This document shows positions 8,898-20,800 of a stretch of 64,000 nt of DNA, piece after piece. This DNA comes from a virus (Duplodnaviria; Caudoviricetes). Every line of letters begins with the position of its first letter. Position 1 is the first letter of the stretch. The position numbers were made by a program, and so were the translations under genes. The notes under the pieces were generated by a model, which saw only the letters and a list, made by a program, of their open reading frames with translations, was not told the DNA's origin and did not search any database. The stretch is from the IMG/VR virus record IMGVR_UViG_3300022602_000025; one strand, 5' to 3'.

Positions 8898-11800
8898 TTA
8901 TGCTCCTTGTAATGGGACTCCGTTTTCGTCTAACAAGTATTGTCCTGTCTCTAATATAATGTATAGGTCTGAAGCAACATTCGAGAATGGTGCTGTACCT
9001 TGTGGTAACTGTGCAGGACGTTCAATCAAGAACTCTGCCTGCGGAGTTAAATTCTCTGCAAGAGTAACTGTCGAATTTGGATTATACCAAATCTGAGATA
9101 TTCTTCTTGTAACTTCAAGTTTTACTCCTGGATCTGGAGTAAAGTTTAAAGTTAGAGATGAAGTTGTTACAGTAAACTCTGGGGAAACTGATGTATCTGC
9201 TGTGCTTGTACTATCGTAAGATAGATCAAAATCATGCACTACAGTACTTAGGCCCGCCTTCAATAACCTGCGTCCCCCGTATTTAACTTCTACTTGGTCT
9301 GCTAAATTAGTATTAAGAATTGTTACAACTTTACCTGAGCTAGTTGTAACCACCTTAGTGCTTGTGTTAAACGTAATATTTTCACCAATATAGAAAGTAG
9401 TTTGTGTACTTGTTGTAGTTACTGTTGAATAATATTGTGTAAATTCCTGGAACGGAATAGTTTGTTCTGATCCTTGATCAAGTACTTGTGTTCCAGATGA
9501 ATGAACAGCTGGAGGAGTTGTACCGTAAGTTCCACGTCTTAATTGTGCTAGAACGTTTCCGCTAATCTGGAAGAATTCAATTCTTTCACCGTTAACTAAA
9601 ATCACACCAGGACGATTAAACGCAATATTTGGTGTTGATAGTACTGAACCATCTTGCACAAAAATATTAGTTGCAGTAGAAGTTAGATCCTGTGTTAGGA
9701 ATGTGCTGTTCTGAGCACTAATACGTTTATAAGATGCGTTACCAAAGATATCATCAAATATTCTATAACCTACTAAGTGTGTAGCAGATAGATTAGCGAA
9801 GCTGGTAATTACTACAGCATCTGAACCACCTGTATAGAACTTATCATCGATAACAACTGTCTGACCGTCAGCCTCAACACGATAATCTACGTTAACAGTT
9901 AGTGGCTTGCCGTTGTATGCTACCCATACATAACTGCTGTTGAATACTGGTCGTTGCATCACATAAGTGTTAGTAGCATGGCCAACATATCTTTCACTTC
10001 TAATTAAATCTGGGTCATGATTCGTAAATGTTGTTATACGAATCACATCAAGATTACGTGCAGGTTTAGTTAATACTACTAGACCATTTTGAACTACATA
10101 GTCGTGACCGACTTTAACTACGATCGCTACAACATCACCTGTGTTAAGATAGTTGTCAGAGAATATAATTTGTTTATTTGGTTGATCAAATACCCAATCA
10201 CTTGTTGGAATTAGCGCACCGTTTACATAAACTTCTAAACTCTTTAGGTCAGTTCTCTTGCTAGGCAATGTTACTGATTGACTAATATCAAATGTAGTTT
10301 GATTGTTAGCTACTTGATAGTATGTAGTAATTGGCGGAGTTAAACGTAGGCCATTCTTAGTTACAATTACTTGGCTGTGGAATGGACCAACATTACCTGG
10401 AGGTTGTGTTAATCCAATAGAAGTAGTTGTTGTTGTAATATTAACAACTTGTTCTACTACTTCACTGAATGACTTAGTTGTTCCTCTGAATAGGTAAACT
10501 TGAATCGTACCTGGTTGACTAATTGATACACGAGCTCTAGATCTGTATGAGTCTAAGTTATATGATTGGTACGCTACGCCATCAATAGTAATATAGATAC
10601 TTCCAACATCTGTATATCTAACACTACTTAGGTATACAGTAGTTGCATTAGTAGTCACTGTTTCATAATAATCTAACAGACCGATAGATCCACCTACAAA
10701 CACAGTAAGCGTTAACCAACCTTGTGCAGGAGTAGATGATGTAAATGTTAATAATTTATTAGAAAAATCAATAGTGTAATCAACATTAACTGTTAGTTTT
10801 GTGTCGTTTAACAACACAAGGACTGAATCTAAGTTAACTGGTTCAGCACCTAATGCAAATGTTTGTGTAATACCATCTGACCAATATCTCTTAGTTGATA
10901 TAACCGCACTTGATGCAGCTGGCTGTGTAAACACAGTAATACCAACAGACTCATGCACTGATCCAGGAACGTGTTCTTCTGGAGCAGGACTATTAATTGT
11001 GCTTAGGAATCCGTTGCCGCCATCTAAAACAATCTCGCTAGGTGTGGTGCCCAGTGCGCCACTTAATTGGCCGTCACTAATTAACCCGCCGCTGATCACA
11101 GCATCAAGTGTATCTGTATCGCTTGGCAATACTGTACCATCGCTAGTTGAGTAACGAAAAATTACTAGAGTTGAAGTATTAGATGCGGTAAACGCTGCAT
11201 CAGGAATAGTCAACGAAGTAAACGTATTAGCGATGTTTGTAGCTGTAGTAAACTCTGCTCTTAAGAATGCACTAGCATAGGCTTGAACTGTGCTGTTACC
11301 TGTGATTGTAACAACTGGAGTACTTGTGTATCCTCTACCGCGAGTATAATCACTTACACCAATACTTGCAAATGATCCATCGTCATTTAATGTAAATGAC
11401 GCAACTGCCTGTGTACCATTCACACTATTTGGTGCTGAGATAGTAACTTGTGTTGTACTGTAAACGTATCCTAAACCAGGATTTGTTAATACAACCTTAT
11501 CAACAGCAGCCGTACCTCGACCAATCAATGTTGGAACAACATTAGATGGGCCGTCAAGTCTAACAGCAGGTGCTGTGCCAATTTGTACGTATGTGTTAAC
11601 CTGCGTAGGGCTAGATCCACCTGGAATAATATCTGGAATAATAAATGGTGGAGCACTAGTTGTAGTAGTTAATGAGTATGAATAATATCCTACTTCAGAA
11701 GCATAGTTGTCCCATGTTGTTGAACCAAACGGTACACTATCAAATCCTGCAGAATAACTGAAAGGTAGTGTATCTATATTCAATCCTGCATAAGACATAC

Positions 11801-14800
11801 CAGACATTAGTTGATCATAATCAGTACCAGGCATACCGCTGCCTGGTTGATAGAAATAATTAATGCGGTCAACAGCAGTATAAAGATCCAAGCTCTTTGG
11901 ATAAGTTACTGTGATAACTTCACCTGCTACAGGAATAAAGTTCAATACAAGATATCCGTATTTTTTACGATATGATGTATTTGGTTGTGGTTGATAAACG
12001 CTTTCGTTTAGTGTAATATTAAACTGATCAATTGTTTGCAATACAGAATTTCTGTAGACAACAATTTCTTTCTTATCAGGGCTTGGTAACCAAGTTAAAC
12101 GGAATATGTCTTTTTCGCCGTCACCTACAAATGAATCAGTAAATGTTGATGTAGATCCAATTTCAGTTATTACATTACCTGATGCATCGTAAGAAGCAAC
12201 GCGGTCAAATTTTAGACCCATTGTCATTAATCTTACGTTACCTGCACCATCTCTAGATTGAATGAACCCTGTTTCAGTTCCTTGACCTAACTGTGCATAA
12301 GCTGTTGCTGTAGTTAAGTTTGTAGAGCCGCCGCCGTTAATAACAACTGTTGGAGTGCTGGAATATCCTAAACCAGGATTTGTTACAACGATAGAAGAAA
12401 TTGTTCCGCCAGTGATGTACGCTTGAGCTGTTGCACCAAAGCCTAGATCACCAGGAGCTGAAATAATTTCGATGTTTGGAACTTGAGTATAATTTGCCCC
12501 ACCGTTTGCGACTATAATAGATTGTACGCCAAAGGTAAAATTATCATACCATGATTTCCATGGGTACTGTGCAAGCAATGAATTTCCAAACTCGATCTTG
12601 TTATAATTTTGAGTCGTTGTATTATAAATCGCTGGTAAGTCAAAGTCTGAAGTAAAGCTAGCAGAATACTCAGTGCTAGTATACTGTTCTGTGAACTTAC
12701 GAACTTTAGTATGATACGGTTTGATCTCATTCAAGAACTGTTCATAGTATTGACTATTTTGCAGTTTGTATGTTGGACGTTGATCGAGACTACCAGCATC
12801 ATTAGTAACACTAATAAATGTTGTTTTAAATGCCCAGTCTAAGAATTTCTGTTCTGTCAACGCATACTTAACAGCCTTAAACCATAAGCGAGTGTTGTAG
12901 AAATTTGTTGGACCATTGAATATATCATTTACAATAGCGTTGATAATAAAGAATGCTTCTTTTACAACGCCTTGATCAAATTCTGTTTGGTCAAAGCCTA
13001 CTTGTTCATCAAACGCATAGGTAGTAAGAGATTCGTTCCAAATTTTATCTAGGATCTTTATAGTACCATTTTCAACAAATATTAAATCCCAATTAGGATC
13101 AAAGGTTCCGCCGTTGCCATCAGTCTTTCTTAAAATATTAAAGAAACCGTAGCCGCCGTCTAATACCTTAACATAAGATCCTGTTGGAATGTCCTGCAAT
13201 ACTTGTAATACATATAAAGAAGGAACAGTCGAAACAACCTGTACTAAAGGATTGAATGTACTATCAGACCAGTGTGCATAACTCCAATACTGTGTAGTAT
13301 CGTATGATTGAGTCTGCGTTCTTGACCAAGTTTGATAATTTTGATCCCACTCGTATACAGCCCATTTACCACCAATAGTGTTGTCTGTTTGAACTACTAC
13401 TGTGTAAGGTCTTACATATAGATAAGGCGCAGAAGTAAAATTCATACCAGAATTTAAAATGTCAATTCCAACGACTTCGCCTGATACATTAATTATTGCT
13501 TGTAGGCTCGCACCGGATGTGTCTCCTACTACTGAAATAGTAGGTGCTACTAAGTATCCATATCCAGGATCTACGATGGTCACGCTTGATATTAATCCGT
13601 TAGTATCAATGTTTGCTGCTAATACAGCGGTTCTTAAAGATTTAGTTGAAATTAGATCTCGTGTATAGATGTCTTCAACCAATTGATCGTACATATCTGC
13701 TGTAGGCAACGGATCTTTAGCATTTAGGTTGTCATAGCTAATATTACCAAGCAATAGTAAATTGATTACAATACTGTTAGTATATTCAATTAGATTTCGT
13801 ACCGCCTCAATTCTGTTAACAAACATACTTTGACGTGGGCGGATTTCTAATCCATATTTTAGCTTGTCTGGTAATGTAGGATCTGGTACTGGATTACCTT
13901 GTGCATCGTAACCTAATAAACTGTCAACAAGTTTGGTTACTAACGCATTAACATTAACGCCTGCAGGATCATCCTCAGTTATGATCGCCCATTCTGTATG
14001 ACGAGGAGCAGCATCTGGAATCGTATCAAAACTAATTTTTAAATTAATCGTATCGCCTACAATAGAATTTTTTATGTTAGCTAACATAACTGCTGTAGGA
14101 CCAATGATTCCTAAGTAAGGCTGTCCTGACGATAAAGGATTTTTAATAAACTGTGCGACTTCAAACGCAGAAATTCTGCGATTCTTAATAGAAGGAACTA
14201 CTGTTTTATTCTTAACCCAGAAATAATAAATGTTTACAAACTGTCCAGTTTGTGCATTATATTTTTGAGCAACTGAAACTGTTGAGTTATCGGTAAACTT
14301 AGGTTGACCGCTAATTCCTTGAGCCAATCCATCGCTTGTATCAGCAATAGCCGCCCACTCACTTGGTCTATAAGTAGAACTTACCCATTCGTATACATCA
14401 ATACTGCTTCCTGGAAATACAGTATTCCAATTATTTTTTCTGTATTCTAGCTCGCCTTGTTCGTACCAGACATACTTAACTGTACTTAGATCCCACCATA
14501 ATTCACCGACGTGTTCATTAGTCCAATTAGCGTTGGCATTAATCACTACTGTACCTGTTCCAATGCTATAAGTAGCAGGGTCAAATGGACTTGTATAACG
14601 CAACTCTTCTTGTGCTGTTCCTAGGAACTGTCCTTTAACTGGATCAATAACATCGATGTAGTCTTTTATTTGTGCTGTTGTAGAATCAATCGTAACGGCA
14701 CTATCAATTGCAGATAGATTTACTAAAGCATCTTGTGTTCTAGCTTGTAACCAGCCATTTACAGTTTCATCAATCTTGTCAAATTCAAATATCTGACCGT

Positions 14801-17800
14801 TGTTATTAGCATTGTAAACAATATTTCCTGGGCTACCAACAAACACACTATTTTGTGTTGCAAGTACGCTTTGACCATAAAGACTATCGCTGATTACTGA
14901 TTGATCAAACAGTTCTTGACTGAACGACCATTTTGTTGCAACGTCAGCTTTGTTGTACGCATGGACCGCGCCAGCATTTTTAATTTGTGAAAAGAATTTT
15001 GTAGACCCGCTATCAAAAGTAGTTTTACGTTTTCTTTCATCGCTAGTGCTATCATTAATATAGATTGAACCGTATTTTACAAATGAATTTGCTAGACGTT
15101 CAGAATAAACATCAAATGATGTATTAGTTGTTTTTGAATTTCCTAAACTTGCAATAACCACTAGACGATTTAACTCATCTATAGAAATATCATGACCAAA
15201 GCTAATATCATTAGAAGATATAGGTGCATGGATTCGTTGGCTGAACACATATTTGTTTGTATCTGTAGACCATACTAACACATCTACAATACCTGACTTA
15301 GTTCCGCGAACTTGATCTGTTGCACTTGGAGAACCAATAAACAGATAATTTCCGTCTTGAGACATTTTAACTGTGTCACCAAAGCTATCAGTTTCTGTAA
15401 ATGCGGCTGGGAATATTGTAGTATCGTTACCTAAAATAAGTTGTGCTTCTGTTGATGTAGATGCAAAGTTATAAACATATACAGCACCAACTCTAACAGT
15501 ATTACCTAATGTATCAAACACAGGATAACCAGGAGCAGACACAGCGACTCTTGATAAATCTGCGTTACCTGACATACTATAACCAAACAAACTTCCTACT
15601 GGAGGTTGATGTGCTAAGGTATGCTGTAATGTTACAGATGCGTTAGGAGTTACGTAAATTGTACTAGTTGTAGCACCTACATTATAAACATATACTGAAC
15701 CTGCTGCTGTATATTCGCCAGGAGCACCTACCATTAAAGTAGTAGAGGTTGAATTTGGTGCTGCTACAAGGCTTGCACCAAAATTAGCATTATCACCATG
15801 ATGTGGTGTTGTAATTGCAATTTGACCAACTTCTTCTAACAGGTTGTAATTTATTAATGATAATTTTACAATACCTTGTTCGACATATCCTGAAGCTGTT
15901 GCTGTAGGAACAGCAAATGCAATAGTACCAGTTGTATAAGTTTTAACACCCGAAGCAGTTGGAGCACTTGCTATCGATAATTGTAGTGTAGCATCAAAGT
16001 ATAGACTCGAACCAAACGAGTTAGTTGTACCTGTGTAGTATGAACCGGTCGCATCGTTTAGTGAATAATTAAACAACGGTAATGGAGTGCTTCCTGGATT
16101 CTTAGAAAGAATATACACACGACCATAATTACCTGTTACAGTATCGTAAAAGTCTGGAGCAGAAACAACAATCTTATCTATGTTACTGTTTGAATAAATC
16201 GTAGCACCAAAATGTTGTGCAACAGATTTAATTCCTGTAGAGTATGCTACAGAAGAATAGTTATTTGTTTTCTCAAACACCGCCCATTGAGGTGATGTAG
16301 CATCTCCGCTAATAGTGTCAACCCAAACTTTTTCGCCGTCCTTCCATCTGTCTAAGAATGGCACATCTGCTAGATTATCAAGTGTAGCTAAACGACTAGA
16401 TTTAAATGCAAACAACAAACCGCTTAACGGAACTGTTAGTGCAGGTAATGTTGATAATGTAGAGTTTACTACAAAGTCTGTTGGACTTAGTATTTGAGAT
16501 ACTACATAAATGCGGTCAATTCCGCCAGCTACGCGGCTAACGCTGATAATATCACCTACAGACAATTGGTGTGTGTAATAAGTTGAGAATATTAAACTCA
16601 CACCAGGTATATCAAACGCAACATTTACAATGTATGTAGGAATCTGTGTTACTCGCAATACATCCCATGAACCAGCAGGTGTATTACCTAACCAAATTGT
16701 GTCGCCTTCTAATAGGCCCTTATTATTTGCAATATCTAGTACGCTATTGTAGTTAAATGCTGTAACTGTGATGTCGTCAAATCTCACATATCCTGCAACA
16801 GGAATTTTAATTTGTGAATCAGCCTGACTAATATCTGATGTGATAAATGTCTGTGCAACATCATAGTCTAAAGGTTTCACTACTAAATCAGATTCTGTTT
16901 TATAGTAGATCGTTCCAGTATTATCTACAGGAACACTAGATACAAAACTAACGATCTGAGGATTTTCGTAAAATGAAGAATTTGATAATGTTGTTTCTAA
17001 TTCTTGATAGGTGTTGTATCCGCCGTATTCACCTATGCGGAACGCCCATTCTTCTTTAAAATCAATATTATTTTTAAATTTGTTTAGTAGGGATTTGCTT
17101 AATTTAGTTAGAGGACTCTTAGTTCCTTTTTCTCTTATGTAACCTTGATAGAATTTATATTGTGCGATTGGATCGCCAATGATATAATTTAGGTATGGAC
17201 GAGGAGTATATCCAACTAAGTGCTGTGCTGCGGCCTGCTGGCCAGCATCAAAGTTATCAATATCTAAACTGTAAAAATCTTCAAACTGTCCAATCTTATA
17301 ATCAAAGTTTGGCAATAGATTTGGTGTAGGTTTAGTATCTAACTGTATCCATTGATTTAAAACAAAACTTGCAGAACCTGTAATTCTTGCTGGTGCTGAA
17401 TAATATTTTCCAGCAAAGCGAACTACATCACCAATAGAATAATCTGTGTACTGTTGCCAGTCGTTTATAATTGCTTGGTCAAATATAAATCCCGGACTAA
17501 AGAAATCGCCGTTCCAATTGGATGTACGGAATCCTTTTAAATTAATACGGTGTTGTCTATATCCGCTTTCAATATCATATACAACATCATTAAACAATGT
17601 AAGATTATTAAAGACAATCACATGTTCTTTTTGTACAAGATTTAGTCTAGCATAGAATAAACCGTCAGTAGTATTAACAGTAGAAACTGTTGTTATTCCA
17701 TCTAATCTAACTACAGTAAAAGAATTTACAGGGAATGGTGATCCGTCTGCTTTTAATAAACTGTATTCATAAAATTCATTTAATAAATTGTCAACTACGC

Positions 17801-20800
17801 CTGTACTTGATGAAAGAACTAATTTATTAGCGAACGGACTTAGTGTAATAACAGAGTTGGCATTCCAATTCTGTGTTGTCCAGAATAAAAATTCTCTACC
17901 TGAAAAATTCCAATCTAATATTTGACCTAGGTCAGTATTGTATTCATCAAAAACAAATCCTTGACTAATCAACCATTGACCATATCCTATGATAGCATCG
18001 TACGCATCTTGTAATGTTGTAAATTCAGTACCGTAAGGAATTACAACAGGTGTAGTTCCAAATGATGTTTTCTTGATTACTGAGATGCCGCCTACAGTTG
18101 GCAAGTACGGTAATACTTGATAATATGTAGCATTGAACGCTGTATCGCTGTTGTGAGTAATTGTAACTCTGTAATATCTATCAGTATAGAATACAATCTG
18201 TCCTGCTTGATATGTAGTATTTTGTGACCATGTCAAGTAAGCTTCTGTAGTGCCACCAACAGTTTCATATTGGTCGACATTAGTTGCATAAGGTTGTAAA
18301 ATTGTAAAATACGGACTGTATTTGTCATATCCTCTGAATATAAATCCTGAAGGAGTTTTTTGTACAATAATACCGCTGATACTTAAACTTTGAGTAGTTG
18401 CACTTTGGTTAAAGAAAATACTATAATCTTCTGCAGGTATCAATACACCAGGATAAGGACTTGTAGGATCAACAGCATCAATAGATACTGTTAATTTGTC
18501 TTTGCTAGCAAATCCACCTAGTTTAACCATTAGGTTATAATTTAAGTTTGTAAGGTCACTAGATAGTTGAGTCAAATAGTTTTGATTTTTAACTAGATTC
18601 GTTTCTATAACAAATACACTATAACCAGAGGCTAATATACGACCTTCAATACCTGTATTATTTCTATACAAAAATTCTGCAACTGTAGCAGGATTAATTG
18701 TTTCTATATTATTTGTTGATGTTTGATAAGATATTTGACCAGCTAGGTTTATAACCATACGGCTAGTATCAAACATTGTTGCTGCATATGAACTAGGACG
18801 AGTTAACGCCAATAGGACCTGCTGGACGAATGGCCAGTAGCTACTACGTCTCCATGCGGTTTCTGCAGGACCTTGATCGCCAAATACCCAGTTAGCACTA
18901 ATCTCAGTGCTTCGTAATACTACTATGCGATTTGGATCTGTTAAGTCAGGAACAGGAGATGTAGCTAGACCAATAGTTGTTGGGTCTAACAATTCTCCCA
19001 TATCATCTACAGGAATTATCTTGCTTAGACCAGGTCTAGCAAATAAAGGATTTATAACGCCGTTGATACGACCTGTTTCTAAGTCGCCCCAGAGAATTCC
19101 GTTTCCACTTGTGTAAGGTGCGGCACCGTACATTGATGTCCACCATGATGGCATTTCTGTAAAGCCTAACATTTCCCATGGTGCAACGTGTGGACGATCT
19201 GTATCGTAGTAATATTTGTAAATTGATCTCCAGCTACCAGATAGTGCCTGACCAGTTACGCTGTCTACTGATCCAGTATAGTTGTAAGTGAATGGATTTA
19301 GTTCATCGTACGATGAGTTTGTTTGATAATCAACACTAAAGAATCCTACCCATTTTAAGAAATCTGCGACCAATATATTATCAATGTCGGCTAGAGAATA
19401 ATCATTAGATCTAAATGCCCCAGGCAATGTTTCGTAAGGAGTTAATAGATCAGGATTAAATTTTACTTTAAGGTTATTATAGATTCGTGTTTCGTATTCT
19501 AATAAGATTGCATCTCTATAATCGCCGTAGGCTACAGTGACACTTCCGTCATGTCCTTGGATAACTTTTGTTGGAGTTATATAAGTGTCGTCTACAAAAA
19601 TGCTAGGTTTAAATGCTGGATATAACCCTAACTTAGTTGGTGTAGGTGGAACATAAGATCCAACAGTACTAGTATAATCTCTTATGGTAATGACATCGCC
19701 AACCGAGATAGTAGCATTAACATAAATTGTAGCGATGTTTGGATCGATAGTATAATCATATCCGTTAGTCAACAACACAGGAGTCTTTGTTGAATCACTT
19801 GCTGATGTAAGGTAAACTAAAATAGCACGTTCACTTAATACTGTCTGATCAAATGAGCTGATTAAACTAAAGTTCTTTACTCGCTTATTAGTAACGGTAT
19901 AAACACGTTCAACATAATTATTACCGTGGCCCAACATATCAGTATAGGTGTACGGGAATGTTAAATCTTTTCCAGAATTTAAATTTGTTAATGCAATATC
20001 TAACGCCTGGGCAGGAGTATAAACTTCTGTTAGCCCAGTAACTTGTTTAATAAGACTAGTTTTAAATTGGTTGTAATCAAATGCTACTTTTCTAATAGCA
20101 TCAACAATGTTATTTTTTTGGTTACCTAAAAAGTAATGTGCGAATACTAGTGGATCAATATGTTGAACTAAACGTGAACCGTATGCGCTTAGATTTGATA
20201 AATCTCTTAAATTACTATTACCTGGGAATGATCCTACAAACAAATCATTATTTTCTACAATAGTAGACACATGGTCACTTAATTCTGTAAATGTAAATGA
20301 ACCGATTGGACCATTCAACGGATTGTTAGTTAAATTAATTGGCGGTTCGTAATATCCATTGCTGTTTGCAGGTTGAGCTGTGTATATTTTAAACAGCACA
20401 GCATCGCCTGATGCAAATTCATTTGTTGGAACAATAAATGCTTTGTTGAGATTCTGACCAATAGTATAGTCAACATTATTAATAATTTTTACATTATTAA
20501 CAAAAACATCTACAGCAAGGTCGGATGCAAATCCTGCATCATCGATCGCATTTATTTCTATATAAGGTGTGGCTTGTTCTACAACTTGGAATTGTAAAAT
20601 AGGAATCGCTTTATCGTTTGATTTAATCCAAACGTTTCTATATTCTTCACCGTTGTCGTTATTGACTTTTAAGAAACCGTCAGCAACTGATAGTGTGCTT
20701 AATACTCCTAAGTCGTAAGTAGTAAATGTATCTGTTGTGAAAAAATTACTAAACAAATAATCACCAACGTTAGAAACATTTTTATATGTTAGCGGAAATC

